From Candidatus Oxydemutatoraceae bacterium (GTDB lineage: Bacteria > Pseudomonadota > Gammaproteobacteria > Poriferisulfidales > Oxydemutatoraceae), in NCBI GenBank assembly GCA_965219575.1, contig OZ244779.1, positions 1,900,769 through 1,964,768 of the forward strand: a DNA stretch of 64,000 nucleotides, given 5' to 3'. The position numbers and the translations under genes are program-made. Below, piece after piece: positions 1 to 10,118 of the stretch (within the stretch, counting starts at the first letter, position 1; every line of letters starts with the position of its first letter). Under the pieces are notes generated by a model. The model made no database searches and had not been told where the DNA came from. It saw only the letters and a program-made list of their open reading frames with translations.

Positions 1-693
1 GGCAAGCAAAAAATTATAGATTATCTCGTTATGCTTCCCGACAACCACCATATTGTCATAGATAGCAAAGTCTCGTTGCTCGCTTATGACCGGGCTGTTG
101 CGGCAAAAGACGAAAACGCGCAGGTCATTGCGATGGATGAACACATCAGAGCCGTTAAAAAACATATAGACGATTTGGCAACAAAAGATTACACCGATTT
201 AATCGGCGTACACAGTCCTAATTATGTTCTGATGTTTATGCCGATAGAGTCGGCTTATATAGAAGCACTCAAATGGAGTAAAGATTTATTCGTTTACGGC
301 TACGACAAAAATATTGTTTTGGTCTCTCATACGACACTGATACCGATACTGCGGGTCGTCGCCAATCTGTGGATACTCGAACAAAGCAATCGGGAGGCAC
401 GAGAAATCGGCAACAGTGCCGGCGATATCTATAACTCGGTATGCCGGCTCACCGGGCATGTACAAAAACTCGGCAACACACTCAATACCGCAAGCAGACA
501 CTACAACGAGGCGGTCACGACCATTTCCGGACGGCAAGGAATACAAGGAAAAGTGGAACGTTTCGACCGCCTTTCAACCAAAGCACTCAAAGAAATGCCT
601 GATTTAGAGCGCCGCCATTTTGAATTTAAGACAGATTTGCTTAAGATAGAACCTGCCGAGAAAAATCCCTCCGAAGATGATGAAATAAAATAA
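1..693 (+). CDS. rmuC: DNA recombination protein RmuC, 5'-truncated by the window edge
   Basis: Frame open from position 1; motifs VIDSKVSL, VLMFMPIESAY, LVSHTTLIPILRVV typical of the RmuC C-terminal half. Confidence 0.9.
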   Translation, partial: GKQKIIDYLVMLPDNHHIVIDSKVSLLAYDRAVAAKDENAQVIAMDEHIRAVKKHIDDLATKDYTDLIGVHSPNYVLMFMPIESAYIEALKWSKDLFVYGYDKNIVLVSHTTLIPILRVVANLWILEQSNREAREIGNSAGDIYNSVCRLTGHVQKLGNTLNTASRHYNEAVTTISGRQGIQGKVERFDRLSTKALKEMPDLERRHFEFKTDLLKIEPAEKNPSEDDEIK

Positions 694-774
694 ATAATTG
701 CAAAAATGTGTTACAATGCCCTAGCGTCTTGATGATATCATTAAACATAGACAGAGTATACGAGGAATAGAACT

Positions 775-1494
775 ATGAAAAAGGAAGTCACTAAGAAAAA
801 ATCCTCCTCTCGCCCTAAAACCCCTCCGAAAAAGAAGACTGCAACGAAGAAATCCTCGATGCAGAAAAAGCGTACGCCCGAAAAAAAAGTCGTCAAGAAA
901 AAGGCTCCGCTTCGGAAAAGCCGCACGCCCGAAAAAAAAGTCGTTAAGAAAAAGGCTCCGCTTCGGAAAAGCCGCACGCCCGAAAAAAAAGTCGTTAAGA
1001 AAAAGGCTCCGCTTCGGAAAAGCCGCACGCCCGAAAAAAAAGTCGTTAAGAAAAAGACCTCGGCTCGGAAAACTGCTATCGTGCAGATCAGTGCGGCCAG
1101 AAGCAAATCGCGCAGGTTGCCGCAAAGCAAAAAGTATATGAATGCTCGTCAGTTGGATTACTTTCGCGATATCCTACTATCGCGCAGAGACGAATTGATA
1201 AGCGAAGCAGACCGTATGGTCGATTATATGCAAACCGGCTCTAATACCTATGCCGATGCCATAGATCAGGCAAGCCAAGAAGAAGAATTTACTCTGCAGT
1301 TGAAGGAACGCGATCGAGAAAGAAAACTGCTACAAAAAATAGACGAAGCGATCGCTAAAATAGACAAGAAAGAATACGGTTTCTGTGTCTCGTGCGGTGC
1401 CGAAATCGGCATCAGTAGATTACAAGCGAGGCCGACAACCGACCAGTGCATAGATTGCAAAGAACTAGACGAACTCAAAGAGCGACAGTATTAA
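775..1494 (+). CDS. dksA: RNA polymerase-binding transcription factor DksA with Lys-rich repetitive N-terminal extension
   Basis: C-terminal part has YMNARQLDYF, DxxDxA coiled-coil tip (DAIDQASQEEE), RDRERKLL and a CxxC...CxxC zinc finger. Confidence 0.93.
   Translation: MKKEVTKKKSSSRPKTPPKKKTATKKSSMQKKRTPEKKVVKKKAPLRKSRTPEKKVVKKKAPLRKSRTPEKKVVKKKAPLRKSRTPEKKVVKKKTSARKTAIVQISAARSKSRRLPQSKKYMNARQLDYFRDILLSRRDELISEADRMVDYMQTGSNTYADAIDQASQEEEFTLQLKERDRERKLLQKIDEAIAKIDKKEYGFCVSCGAEIGISRLQARPTTDQCIDCKELDELKERQY
871..1074 (+). repeat. 51-bp in-frame tandem repeat (3 near-identical units plus 1 diverged) encoding RTPEKKVVKKKAPLRKS
   Basis: Units start at 871, 922, 973 and 1024; each contains an A8 run. 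Confidence 0.95.
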
Positions 1495-1540
1495 GCACTC
1501 GCTCGCTTATAAAATCAACCGCGTAACTCCACACCGAACG

Positions 1541-1568
1541 CAACGCGCCATGCGAACACGGCGCGTTG
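1541..1568. terminator. Hairpin between convergent dksA and nrdB
   Basis: CAACGCGCC-N10-GGCGCGTTG; no clear U tract. Confidence 0.5.
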
Positions 1569-1603
1569 GTATGCAGATAAACGTTTGCGGTAGTGCGATA
1601 ATG

Positions 1604-2794
1604 TTATTCCCAGTTTAGCGCACCGCCGGTTTGGTATTCGGTCACTCTGGTCTCAAAGAAATTCTTTTCTTTCTTTAAGTCCAGCACTTCGGACATCCAC
1701 GGGAAAGGGTTGACTACGCCGGGAAATTGCTCCGGCAATCCGATTTGATTAAAACGGCGGTTGGCTATGAATTCCACATACTGTTTGAATAAGCCGGCGT
1801 TCATTCCCAACATGCCGCGCGGCATCGTATCTTCTGCATAGAGCTTCTCGTAGTTGACACCGTCTATAATCAAATCTATGATTTCGCGCTTAAACTCCTC
1901 GGTCCACAAATGAGGATTCTCGAGTTTGATTTGGTTGATTACGTCTATACCGAAGTTCATATGCATCGATTCGTCTCGTAATATATATTGAAATTGCTCC
2001 GAGACACCGGTCATCTTATTACGCCGCCCCATAGATAAAATCTGGGCAAAACCGACATAAAAGAAAATACCTTCGAATACGACATAAAAAGCAATCAGAT
2101 CGCGTAATAGACGTTGGTCGTTTTCCATCGTGCCGGTTCTAAAGTTAGGGTCGCTGAGGCTCTGCGTGTAAGGTAACGCCCACTCCGATTTTTTGGCTAC
2201 CGACGGGAGTTCTCTATACATATTGAACACCTCGCCCTCGTCCAAAGATAAGGACTCGATACAATACTGGTAGGCGTGAGTATGCACGGCCTCTTCAAAA
2301 GCCTGACGCAATAAGTATTGGCGACATTCCGGATTAGTAATATGACGGTATACCGCCAGTACTAAATTATTTGCAACTAAAGAATCGGCAGTAGAAAAAA
2401 ATCCTAAATTACGCTTGACCACCATGCGCTCGTCTTCGCTCAAACCTTCCGCGTCTTTCCATAATTTTATATCCGCAGTCATATTAATCTCTTGCGGCAT
2501 CCAATGGTTGCCGCACGCGGCAAGATATTTGTCCCATGCCCATTCGTATTTGAACGGCACCAGCTGATTGAGGTCGGCACGGCAATTGATAATCTGCTTA
2601 TCGTCTACCCTGATGCGAGACGCACCCATCTCTATGGACTCCAGACCCGTAGTGCCACCTTGCTCTATCTCCGGTTGCGGTTCCGAATTAACCACCGGCG
2701 GATTTTCCGTAGTAGGTTTTGTAGACCTAAAACTATTCGTTGCCGATTCGGTAAAGGGGTCTTCCCAATCCGGCAAAAACTCACTTTGCTGCAT
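1604..2794 (-). CDS. nrdB: Class Ia ribonucleotide reductase beta subunit
   Basis: [16 protein letters not shown] (radical Tyr retained), [22 protein letters not shown]; ATG at 2794 has an AAGGAG RBS (the track starts the ORF at 2818). Confidence 0.95.
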   Translation of the reverse strand: MQQSEFLPDWEDPFTESATNSFRSTKPTTENPPVVNSEPQPEIEQGGTTGLESIEMGASRIRVDDKQIINCRADLNQLVPFKYEWAWDKYLAACGNHWMPQEINMTADIKLWKDAEGLSEDERMVVKRNLGFFSTADSLVANNLVLAVYRHITNPECRQYLLRQAFEEAVHTHAYQYCIESLSLDEGEVFNMYRELPSVAKKSEWALPYTQSLSDPNFRTGTMENDQRLLRDLIAFYVVFEGIFFYVGFAQILSMGRRNKMTGVSEQFQYILRDESMHMNFGIDVINQIKLENPHLWTEEFKREIIDLIIDGVNYEKLYAEDTMPRGMLGMNAGLFKQYVEFIANRRFNQIGLPEQFPGVVNPFPWMSEVLDLKKEKNFFETRVTEYQTGGALNWE

Positions 2795-2824
2795 AATGTC
2801 TCCTTCTGTGTTTATCAAATCAAT

Positions 2825-5740
2825 CTACTGACATACCTCGCAGTCCGGATCCGGCACCGAGCATCTCTGCCCACCGTTATCCAAAATATCGACTGCATTC
2901 AACTTGCCGTCGACGGTCTCCATCGTGCTCTTTTCAACATGGGTTGCGCCGAGGGCTCGCAAATAATATGTCGTTTTTAATCCTTGTAGCCAAGCTAACT
3001 TATAAAGTGTGTCTAATTTCTTTCCCGACGGTTCCGCCATATAGAGATTCAGCGATTCCGATTGATCTATCCATTTCTGACGTCGTGCGGCAGCTTCGAC
3101 CAACCATCTCGGGTCAAGTTCAAACGCAGTTGCATAAATCGCTTTCAAATCGTCGGGAACACGCTCTATTTTTTGTATGCTACCGTCGTAATACTTGAGA
3201 TCGTTGACCATAACCTCATCCCATAAATCGAGTTTTTTCAAATCTTTCACCAAATACTCGTTGATTACCGTAAACTCACCCGATAGATTCGATTTCACAT
3301 AAAGGTTTTGGTAAGTCGGCTCTATGCTTTGAGAAATCGAGCAGATATTGGAAATCGTTGCGGTCGGTGCAATTGCCATCGTGTTAGAATTGCGCATCCC
3401 GTATTTTTTAACACGCTTACGCAGCGCATCCCAATCCATCGTCTTGGAGGTATCCATCTTCAACAATCCGTCGTCGCCGCGACTCTCGGCGAGTAACCGT
3501 ATAGAGTCTATAGGCAATATTCCCCGACTCCACAACGAACCGTCGTAGGTCGAATAAACGCCTCTTTCCTTCGCCAGTTCAACCGATGCTTCAATCGCAT
3601 AATAGCTGATCGCCTCCATAGAACGGTCGGCGAATTCAACCGCCTCCGGGGTTGCATAAGGAATACGCAATTTATAGAGTGCGTCTTGAAAACCCATCAC
3701 GCCCAGACCGACCGGGCGGTGCCTCAGATTAGAATTTCTCGCTTTTATGACACTGTAATAATTATATTCGATAACATTGTCCAACATCCGCATCGCAGTA
3801 TGTATGGTTTTGCGTAGCTTGGCGGTATCGATCCCTTTGGTTCCCAAGTGCGCAACTAAATTGACCGAGCCCAAGTTGCATACCGCAATCTCTTCGTCGC
3901 TGGTGTTGAGCGTAATCTCGGTACATAAATTGGAAGAGTGAACGGTGCCTTTATGTTGTTGCGGTGAACGTATATTGCAAGGATCCTTGAATGTCAACCA
4001 CGGGTGTCCTGTTTCATATAGCATGCTCAACATTTTGCGCCACAAATCAACCGCTTTGATCCGCTTGTAACGTCTGATATCGCCACGCTCGGCTGCAGAT
4101 TCGTACTCTGCATAACGTTTTTCAAATTCTATACCGTACAGTTCGTGTAAATCGGAAACTTCGTCGGGTGAAAACAAAGTCCACATTTCATCGCTTTTGA
4201 CGCGCTTCATAAAGAGGTCGGGAATCCAATTTGCGGTATTCATATCGTGAGTACGACGACGATCATCACCGGTATTTTTTCTAAGTTCCAAAAACTCCTC
4301 TATGTCCAAGTGCCAGGTTTCCAGATAAGCGCAAACTGCGCCTTTGCGTTTGCCTCCTTGATTGACGGCAACCGCGGTGTCGTTCGCTACTTTCAAAAAA
4401 GGTACGATGCCCTGCGATTCGCCGTTAGTACCCTTGATGTAAGAACCCATCGCACGCACGCGCGACCAGTCGTTGCCCAGACCGCCGGCGAACTTCGACA
4501 GCATCGCGTTATCCTGTATCGCACCGAATATACCCAGCAGGTCGTCGGAGACAGTCGTCAAATAACAAGACGACAACTGTGGGCAACGCGTACCGGAATT
4601 AAACAAGGTCGGCGTAGAACTCATAAAAGCAAAACTCGATAGCAAATTATAAAACTCTATGGCCTTATCCTCTCGGTCAATCTCGTTAATCGCCAACCCC
4701 ATCGCAACACGCATAAAAAATGCTTGCGGCAACTCAAAACGCACTTTTCGATAGTGTATAAAATAGCGGTCGTACAAGGTTTGCAAGCCCAAGTAATTAA
4801 AAAGCAAATCGTTCTCGGGCTTTAATGCAGCTGCCAATTTCTGCAAATCAAATTCGTTCTGCAGACGCATATCGAGCAACTCGAACTCACAAGCCCGTCT
4901 GATATATCGGACAAAATAGTCCGGATACTGTTGCGCCATTTCACTAAAGGTTGCTTCGGTATAGTGTTTATCCATAAACGATAACGCCTCGCAGCGTAGC
5001 TTGTCCAACAACAAGCGCGCCGCAACCTTAGCGTATGCAGGCTCTTTTTCCACCATAGAACGGGCACTGAAGATTAGCGCATCGCTGAGATTTTTAACAT
5101 CGATACCACTGAATATATTATGGCGCGCTTCTTTTATAATCGTCTCGCTATCGACATCGGCGATGTCTTCGCACGCTTCGTCGGATATCTTAAGCACACG
5201 ATCCCAATCGAGTGGTCTACTTTCGTCGTCTCCGTAGCGAACTAGAATTTCGTCGCTTTCGGTTTTTTTACCGGGTTGCTTCTCTAACGCTTCGGCACTA
5301 CGCTCGCGAGAACGCTGTTCGCGATACAGCACATAAGAGCGAGCAACCTTGTAGTGACCGTTGCGCATCAAGGCTAATTCGACTTGATCCTGTATATCTT
5401 CTATATGGAAAGTGGAACCTGCGGTGCGTGAACGGGTCAAGCCCTCTACGATTTGCTCGGTCAGGCCGGCAATCGTCTCCCGAACCCTGGACGATGCCGC
5501 AGCAGCACTTCCCTCTACCGCAATAAATGCCTTGCTCATCGCAACGTATATTTTAGTATTATCGAATACGGTGACCTTGCCGTTGCGGCGTATCACTTTG
5601 AATTGTCCCGGCGCGGTGTTTGACATCTCGGCAACATCGAGTCCGGATATATCGTGAGAGATACGAGAGGACATAGTCGATTGGGGATGAACGCGGTCTA
5701 TCGTTTGTGATTTACCACCGTTCTTATTTATTGCTTTCAT
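2825..5740 (-). CDS. nrdA: Class Ia ribonucleotide reductase alpha subunit with N-terminal ATP-cone region
   Basis: VIRRNG ATP cone, TPTLFNSGT, SSCYL, SNLCTEI, APTATIS, KTTYYLR, C-terminal CxxC; exact start uncertain. Confidence 0.95.
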   Translation of the reverse strand: MKAINKNGGKSQTIDRVHPQSTMSSRISHDISGLDVAEMSNTAPGQFKVIRRNGKVTVFDNTKIYVAMSKAFIAVEGSAAAASSRVRETIAGLTEQIVEGLTRSRTAGSTFHIEDIQDQVELALMRNGHYKVARSYVLYREQRSRERSAEALEKQPGKKTESDEILVRYGDDESRPLDWDRVLKISDEACEDIADVDSETIIKEARHNIFSGIDVKNLSDALIFSARSMVEKEPAYAKVAARLLLDKLRCEALSFMDKHYTEATFSEMAQQYPDYFVRYIRRACEFELLDMRLQNEFDLQKLAAALKPENDLLFNYLGLQTLYDRYFIHYRKVRFELPQAFFMRVAMGLAINEIDREDKAIEFYNLLSSFAFMSSTPTLFNSGTRCPQLSSCYLTTVSDDLLGIFGAIQDNAMLSKFAGGLGNDWSRVRAMGSYIKGTNGESQGIVPFLKVANDTAVAVNQGGKRKGAVCAYLETWHLDIEEFLELRKNTGDDRRRTHDMNTANWIPDLFMKRVKSDEMWTLFSPDEVSDLHELYGIEFEKRYAEYESAAERGDIRRYKRIKAVDLWRKMLSMLYETGHPWLTFKDPCNIRSPQQHKGTVHSSNLCTEITLNTSDEEIAVCNLGSVNLVAHLGTKGIDTAKLRKTIHTAMRMLDNVIEYNYYSVIKARNSNLRHRPVGLGVMGFQDALYKLRIPYATPEAVEFADRSMEAISYYAIEASVELAKERGVYSTYDGSLWSRGILPIDSIRLLAESRGDDGLLKMDTSKTMDWDALRKRVKKYGMRNSNTMAIAPTATISNICSISQSIEPTYQNLYVKSNLSGEFTVINEYLVKDLKKLDLWDEVMVNDLKYYDGSIQKIERVPDDLKAIYATAFELDPRWLVEAAARRQKWIDQSESLNLYMAEPSGKKLDTLYKLAWLQGLKTTYYLRALGATHVEKSTMETVDGKLNAVDILDNGGQRCSVPDPDCEVCQ

Positions 5741-5971
5741 TTGTGTAGAGACATAAATCTAAAATTATATAATTATAAGGATATATTTTATCGGTTTTTT
5801 AATACCGCTCGTCCGAAATAATCTATTACCGGATTTTTTATCGATTTACCAAAATATACCGATACCAGTATATTCAATCTAAGCGCGGTAATCAAGAAAA
5901 ATCGGATAATTGTCAATCGGAAGAGAAATATGGACTAATTGGGGTTTTAAAAATACTTATGTATTGCCGCT

Positions 5972-6089
5972 TGTGGATAACTTTGTAGACAAATCTGTTT
6001 TTATAGCTATTTCAGGTAGTTAATATAAGATAGAGTTGTGGATAAGTTATTTACTAAGCTGCACTAATCTGTGCATAAGCTGTGGATAA
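5972..6089. promoter_or_regulatory. Cluster of DnaA boxes in the AT-rich nrdA/ctpA divergent intergenic region
   Basis: TGTGGATAA at 5972, 6037 and 6081; TGTGCATAA at 6070; all in the same orientation. Confidence 0.8.
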
Positions 6090-6346
6090 GTAACCTATAC
6101 AGAGGATTTATCGTCTACTCCATCGATATAAGTCGGCAATTCGACGGTCTAGCTTAAGGATTCTCATTTACGGATTTTGGAGTTGAAAACTATACATTGC
6201 TATATTTATTTGAATATGTGGTTTATAGGTTTATAATATCAACATGATTTTTGGATGAACCTCTTGTATCTTGATGCCTGTGCTTCACTTGCAGACTAGG
6301 CAAATAAGCATACAATGGATACTTTACCTCTATTAGCAAGGAAACT

Positions 6347-7615
6347 ATGAACAAATATTTATCTTTACGTATTATCATGGCATCGTTATTGGTGTTAGTG
6401 ATTAGCGGTGGATTTTGGGAAAGCGGCATCTACTCCGCCAATGCCGAGCAAGCAACTTTACCACTCAAAGAACTACGCACATTCAGCGATGTCTACGGGC
6501 GCATCAAAACTTCGTATGTAGACGAAATAGACGATGCCACTTTAATCGAAGGTGCCATCGACGGGATGCTCTCCAAACTCGATCCTTATTCGGTTTTTCT
6601 TAAAAAGAAATCGTACGAAGAACTCAAAGTCAACACAACCGGTAGATTCGGTGGTCTAGGCATAGAAGTAGACAAGGAAGGAGGTTTCGTTCATGTGATC
6701 GCACCGATAGACGACACACCCGCAGAACGCGCAGGAATACAAGCGGGTGACTTGATATCGGAGATTAATAACAAATCGACTAAAAGCCTGTCCTTGCAGG
6801 AGGCGGTAGAGCAAATGCGCGGCGAAGTAGGCACCACGATTACTTTAACGATACTTCGCAAAAAAGAAAAAGAACCCGATCAAGAAGCAACTCTATACAA
6901 GAAATTATCTATCAACTTGGCGCGCGCAGTTATCAAGGTTCAAAACTCTCGCCACGCGCTACTCGAACCCGATATCGGTTATGTGCGTATCTCTAAATTC
7001 CAGCAACGCACCAGTCTAGATTTGATGACGAGCATCGAAGAGCTAAACAAGGAAAACAAAAAACCGCTACAAGGTTTGATTGTCGATTTGCGCAATAATC
7101 CCGGCGGCATGCTCAACGAAGCAATCAGTGTTGCCGACTTGTTTTTGCCCGCTAAAACACCGGTGGTCTATACCAAAGGCAGGATTGAAGGTTCGACCAC
7201 AGAATATAAAACATCCAGGCCCGACCAAACCAGCGGGCTAATCGTAATGCTACTAATCAACAAAGGCTCGGCTTCGGCTTCCGAAATTGTTGCCGGTGCG
7301 CTACAAGATAACGATCGTGCGATGATCTTAGGCACGCAATCTTTCGGAAAGGGGTCGGTACAAACCGTACATCCCTTCGATGCCGAACACGCACTCAAGC
7401 TGACAACCGCCAAGTATTACACACCTTCGGGTATTTCAATTCAAGATGTGGGTATCACACCGGACTTTAATTACGATTTTGAACAGCTCAGCGACGAACA
7501 GGCGGAAGCGCGCAACAAATTGAGTAGAAAAGACTTAAAAGCTCGCCTCGGCTACGATAGCCAAGTACAACAGGCAATCAGAGAACTGAAAAAACTGGCA
7601 TTAAAGCCGTCGTAG
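6347..7615 (+). CDS. ctpA: S41-family carboxy-terminal processing protease
   Basis: Signal anchor, LDPYS, PDZ (GGLGIEV), DLRNNPGG, SASASEIVAGALQD, SFGKGSVQ. Confidence 0.92.
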   Translation: MNKYLSLRIIMASLLVLVISGGFWESGIYSANAEQATLPLKELRTFSDVYGRIKTSYVDEIDDATLIEGAIDGMLSKLDPYSVFLKKKSYEELKVNTTGRFGGLGIEVDKEGGFVHVIAPIDDTPAERAGIQAGDLISEINNKSTKSLSLQEAVEQMRGEVGTTITLTILRKKEKEPDQEATLYKKLSINLARAVIKVQNSRHALLEPDIGYVRISKFQQRTSLDLMTSIEELNKENKKPLQGLIVDLRNNPGGMLNEAISVADLFLPAKTPVVYTKGRIEGSTTEYKTSRPDQTSGLIVMLLINKGSASASEIVAGALQDNDRAMILGTQSFGKGSVQTVHPFDAEHALKLTTAKYYTPSGISIQDVGITPDFNYDFEQLSDEQAEARNKLSRKDLKARLGYDSQVQQAIRELKKLALKPS

Positions 7616-7628
7616 AAGGAACGATACG

Positions 7629-8162
7629 ATGCCCGAAGTACTTATCCCACTGGCAACCGGCTGCGAAGAGGTAGAAGCGGTTACATTAATAGACCTGTTG
7701 CGCCGTGCCGATATTAAGGTCACCACCGCCTCCTTGGACGCCAAAGAAGTGTGTGGTCTACACGGCCTAAACTTGGTCGCCGATACTACGCTCGACGAAG
7801 TTAAGGAATACAACTTCGATATGGTCGTGCTGCCCGGTGGACAACCCGGTGCCGACAACCTGAATGCCGATGCCAGAATCCACGAAATTCTAAAACGCCA
7901 TCGTACGACGCAATGGATCGGTGCCATTTGTGCGGCACCTAAGGTGCTGGTCGATGCGGGTGTTGTAGATCAACTAAAAATTACCGCTTACCCCGGCGTT
8001 TTAGATGGGCAAAGTTCCCCGACCGAAGCGGTAGAATGCGACGACAAAGTAATCACCTCACGCAGTCCCGGCACGGCAATGGAATTTGCGCTGACAATCA
8101 TAGAAAAACTGGCCGGAACCGAAAAGAGAAAGGCGGTAGAAAGCGACCTCATAACGGCATAA
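7629..8162 (+). CDS. DJ-1/ThiJ/YajL family glyoxalase III/deglycase
   Basis: GCEEVEAV, VLPGGQPG, AICAAP, ITSRSPGTA. Confidence 0.9.
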   Translation: MPEVLIPLATGCEEVEAVTLIDLLRRADIKVTTASLDAKEVCGLHGLNLVADTTLDEVKEYNFDMVVLPGGQPGADNLNADARIHEILKRHRTTQWIGAICAAPKVLVDAGVVDQLKITAYPGVLDGQSSPTEAVECDDKVITSRSPGTAMEFALTIIEKLAGTEKRKAVESDLITA

Positions 8163-8164
8163 AC

Positions 8165-8680
8165 CGCCGGTGGGTCAATCGGCATGACATTGTGCCAACC
8201 TGCACTATTTAATTCCCCTCCTGTGGAGGGGTGGCCTATGCATTTTGCAATGCATGCGTTTAGCAGTCATGCTGAGGTTCTGAACAAAGTCACGCCGATT
8301 GACCTACTGGAGCAATCGGCGGTTCTATTCAGCCTGACGGGGTGGTTGCTGCGTGGGGCTGTTGAAAAAGTAAGGGTGTCGCTCAAACCCAATCGCTGTG
8401 CGCCGTGAATATTTGCAAACCACCTGTAGGGGCGGACTTGCATGTCCGCCCGTAACGCATTGGTCGACACGATTTGCACATTCATCCATCCAATTGTATG
8501 GAAACCAAAACCAAATGGCACAAGCAGTTGGGTTTGTGCAGAACGGTACTTGAGGGCAAACATCATAATTGCCGATTGACCTACTGGCTCAATCGGCGAC
8601 TTTATATTGCCGATTGACCTACCGGCTCAATCGGCGGCTTTATATTGCCGATTGACCTACCGGCTCAATCGGCGACTCCA
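8165..8680. repeat. Composite intergenic repeat locus A: cassette-filled REP-like element, MITE-like arm and core, 3x38-bp hairpin tandem
   Basis: Shares blocks with 15003-15426, 17054-17186, 22712-22779, 23098-23392 and 58720-59065. Confidence 0.9.
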
Positions 8681-8687
8681 TTTGTCA

Positions 8688-10073
8688 TTACGATGCGATT
8701 CGTAAATACGGAGCCAGTTTGTGTCGCGCAACATAGAGTAGCAACAAGCTGGGAACGACCATCACCGTTGTCAAAATAAAAAACTGCATCCAATCGCCGT
8801 CTAAGAAATCAACGAGTTGTCCGCTGTGCGCCGATAGCGTAGTACGCGATAGGTTTCCCAGAGAAGCGAGTAGCGCATACTGGGTTGCCGTATAAACACG
8901 ACCGCACAGCTGCGATATAAAAGCGACAAAAGCAACCGTAGAAATTGCCGTGGTGAATTGATCGCCGATCACCGCCACTGCAAATAACCGTGTGTCCGGT
9001 CCTACTGCGGCGAGTAGCGCAAACAGTAGATTGGTGGTAGCCATAGCAATCCCGCAAATTATCAAACCTTTGAACAAACCGTAACGCACGCTTAAAATGC
9101 TCCCTATTATAGAAAATGCAATGATGCTACCCCAACCGACTAATTTAGAGTATGTAGCAATCTGGGTTTCGTCAAAGCCGACTTCGGAATAGAACAACAA
9201 AGACATGCGCCCCAAAAAGGCTTCTCCTATCTTAAACAGGAATATAAAACCCAGTATCAGTACCGATAAATGTAAACCGTTGCGACCGAAAAAGTCCGCC
9301 AAAGGTTTCCACACCAGAGAAATAAACCACGCCGATAGTGCCGCTAAGGCGGGGGACATATAATGTCGTTTGAGCCAATTCGAGTACAGTGCCGTACGGG
9401 TTTGTGTCTGTAACTGCAATCGCTTATTTGCCGATTTTTCCGGAATCAACATCAACCCGATATTGCTCAAAACAATGATTATCGTCATCAATAAATAACT
9501 CAGGTTCCACGGTTCTGCTACACCGATCTCTTTCAATGCCGCAACCCCGTAGAGTGCGACTGCACCACCGGCGTTATAACCGGTATACCATCCCGCCGTT
9601 GCCATCGCTGCGCCGGCCACAACCAAAGCCTGTTCGTTTTTGGCAACCAACTCGATGCGCAGTGCGTCTATCGCAACATCTTGGGTTGCGGCAGCGGCTG
9701 CAATCACCAAGGCGGTTGCTGCAACATACGCCAGCGAGGTCTGTGCCGAGATAAAATACATCGCAACGGCTGCCGAGAAAATAACAATTTGCATCGTCGC
9801 TATCCACGCTTTGCGCTGACCTATGCGTTTGGATAAAAACGGAATACGCATCGTATCGACCAAAGGTGCCCACAGAAAATTGATTGCGAATACCACAAAC
9901 ACATAACCGAACAAACCGATCGCACTGCGGCTCAAGCCTTCGTCTTTGAGCCATAAAGTCATCATCGAGCCGATCAGTACCCACGGGAAGCCGCTGATCG
10001 TTCCGATTAGGAGTATTTGCAGTACGCGAACATCCCTATACGGTCTTAAGTAATCGAGCCGATTTTTTGACAT
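8688..10073 (-). CDS. ampG: AmpG-family muropeptide MFS transporter
   Basis: SGFPW, FLWAPLVD, GQRKAW, ATQDVAIDALRIE, TATQYALLASL. Confidence 0.88.
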   Translation of the reverse strand: MSKNRLDYLRPYRDVRVLQILLIGTISGFPWVLIGSMMTLWLKDEGLSRSAIGLFGYVFVVFAINFLWAPLVDTMRIPFLSKRIGQRKAWIATMQIVIFSAAVAMYFISAQTSLAYVAATALVIAAAAATQDVAIDALRIELVAKNEQALVVAGAAMATAGWYTGYNAGGAVALYGVAALKEIGVAEPWNLSYLLMTIIIVLSNIGLMLIPEKSANKRLQLQTQTRTALYSNWLKRHYMSPALAALSAWFISLVWKPLADFFGRNGLHLSVLILGFIFLFKIGEAFLGRMSLLFYSEVGFDETQIATYSKLVGWGSIIAFSIIGSILSVRYGLFKGLIICGIAMATTNLLFALLAAVGPDTRLFAVAVIGDQFTTAISTVAFVAFISQLCGRVYTATQYALLASLGNLSRTTLSAHSGQLVDFLDGDWMQFFILTTVMVVPSLLLLYVARHKLAPYLRIAS

Positions 10074-10118
10074 ACCATCTTGCGGTCGAAGACTAATAAA
10101 AGATCATACCGATATATT

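Noticed and set aside
721-1130. Phe-rich antisense ORFs over the dksA tail
   Set aside because: Mirror image of the A-rich 51-bp repeat.
1604-2794. Class Ic (Mn/Fe) RNR
   Set aside because: The radical Tyr is retained (HTHAY), consistent with class Ia.
6187-6202. NrdR box (AAACTATACATTGCTA)
   Set aside because: Only about 11/16 match in AT-rich DNA, with no clear second box.
8184-8408. ORFs in repeat loci sharing MHFAMHAFSSH.. (also 15027-15395 and locus C)
   Set aside because: Differences between copies are mostly non-synonymous and the ORF ends differ, so these are by-products of the repeat.
8571-8680. Tandem palindromic repeats as a CRISPR array
   Set aside because: The intervening 11-nt segments are near-identical rather than unique spacers, and no cas genes are present.
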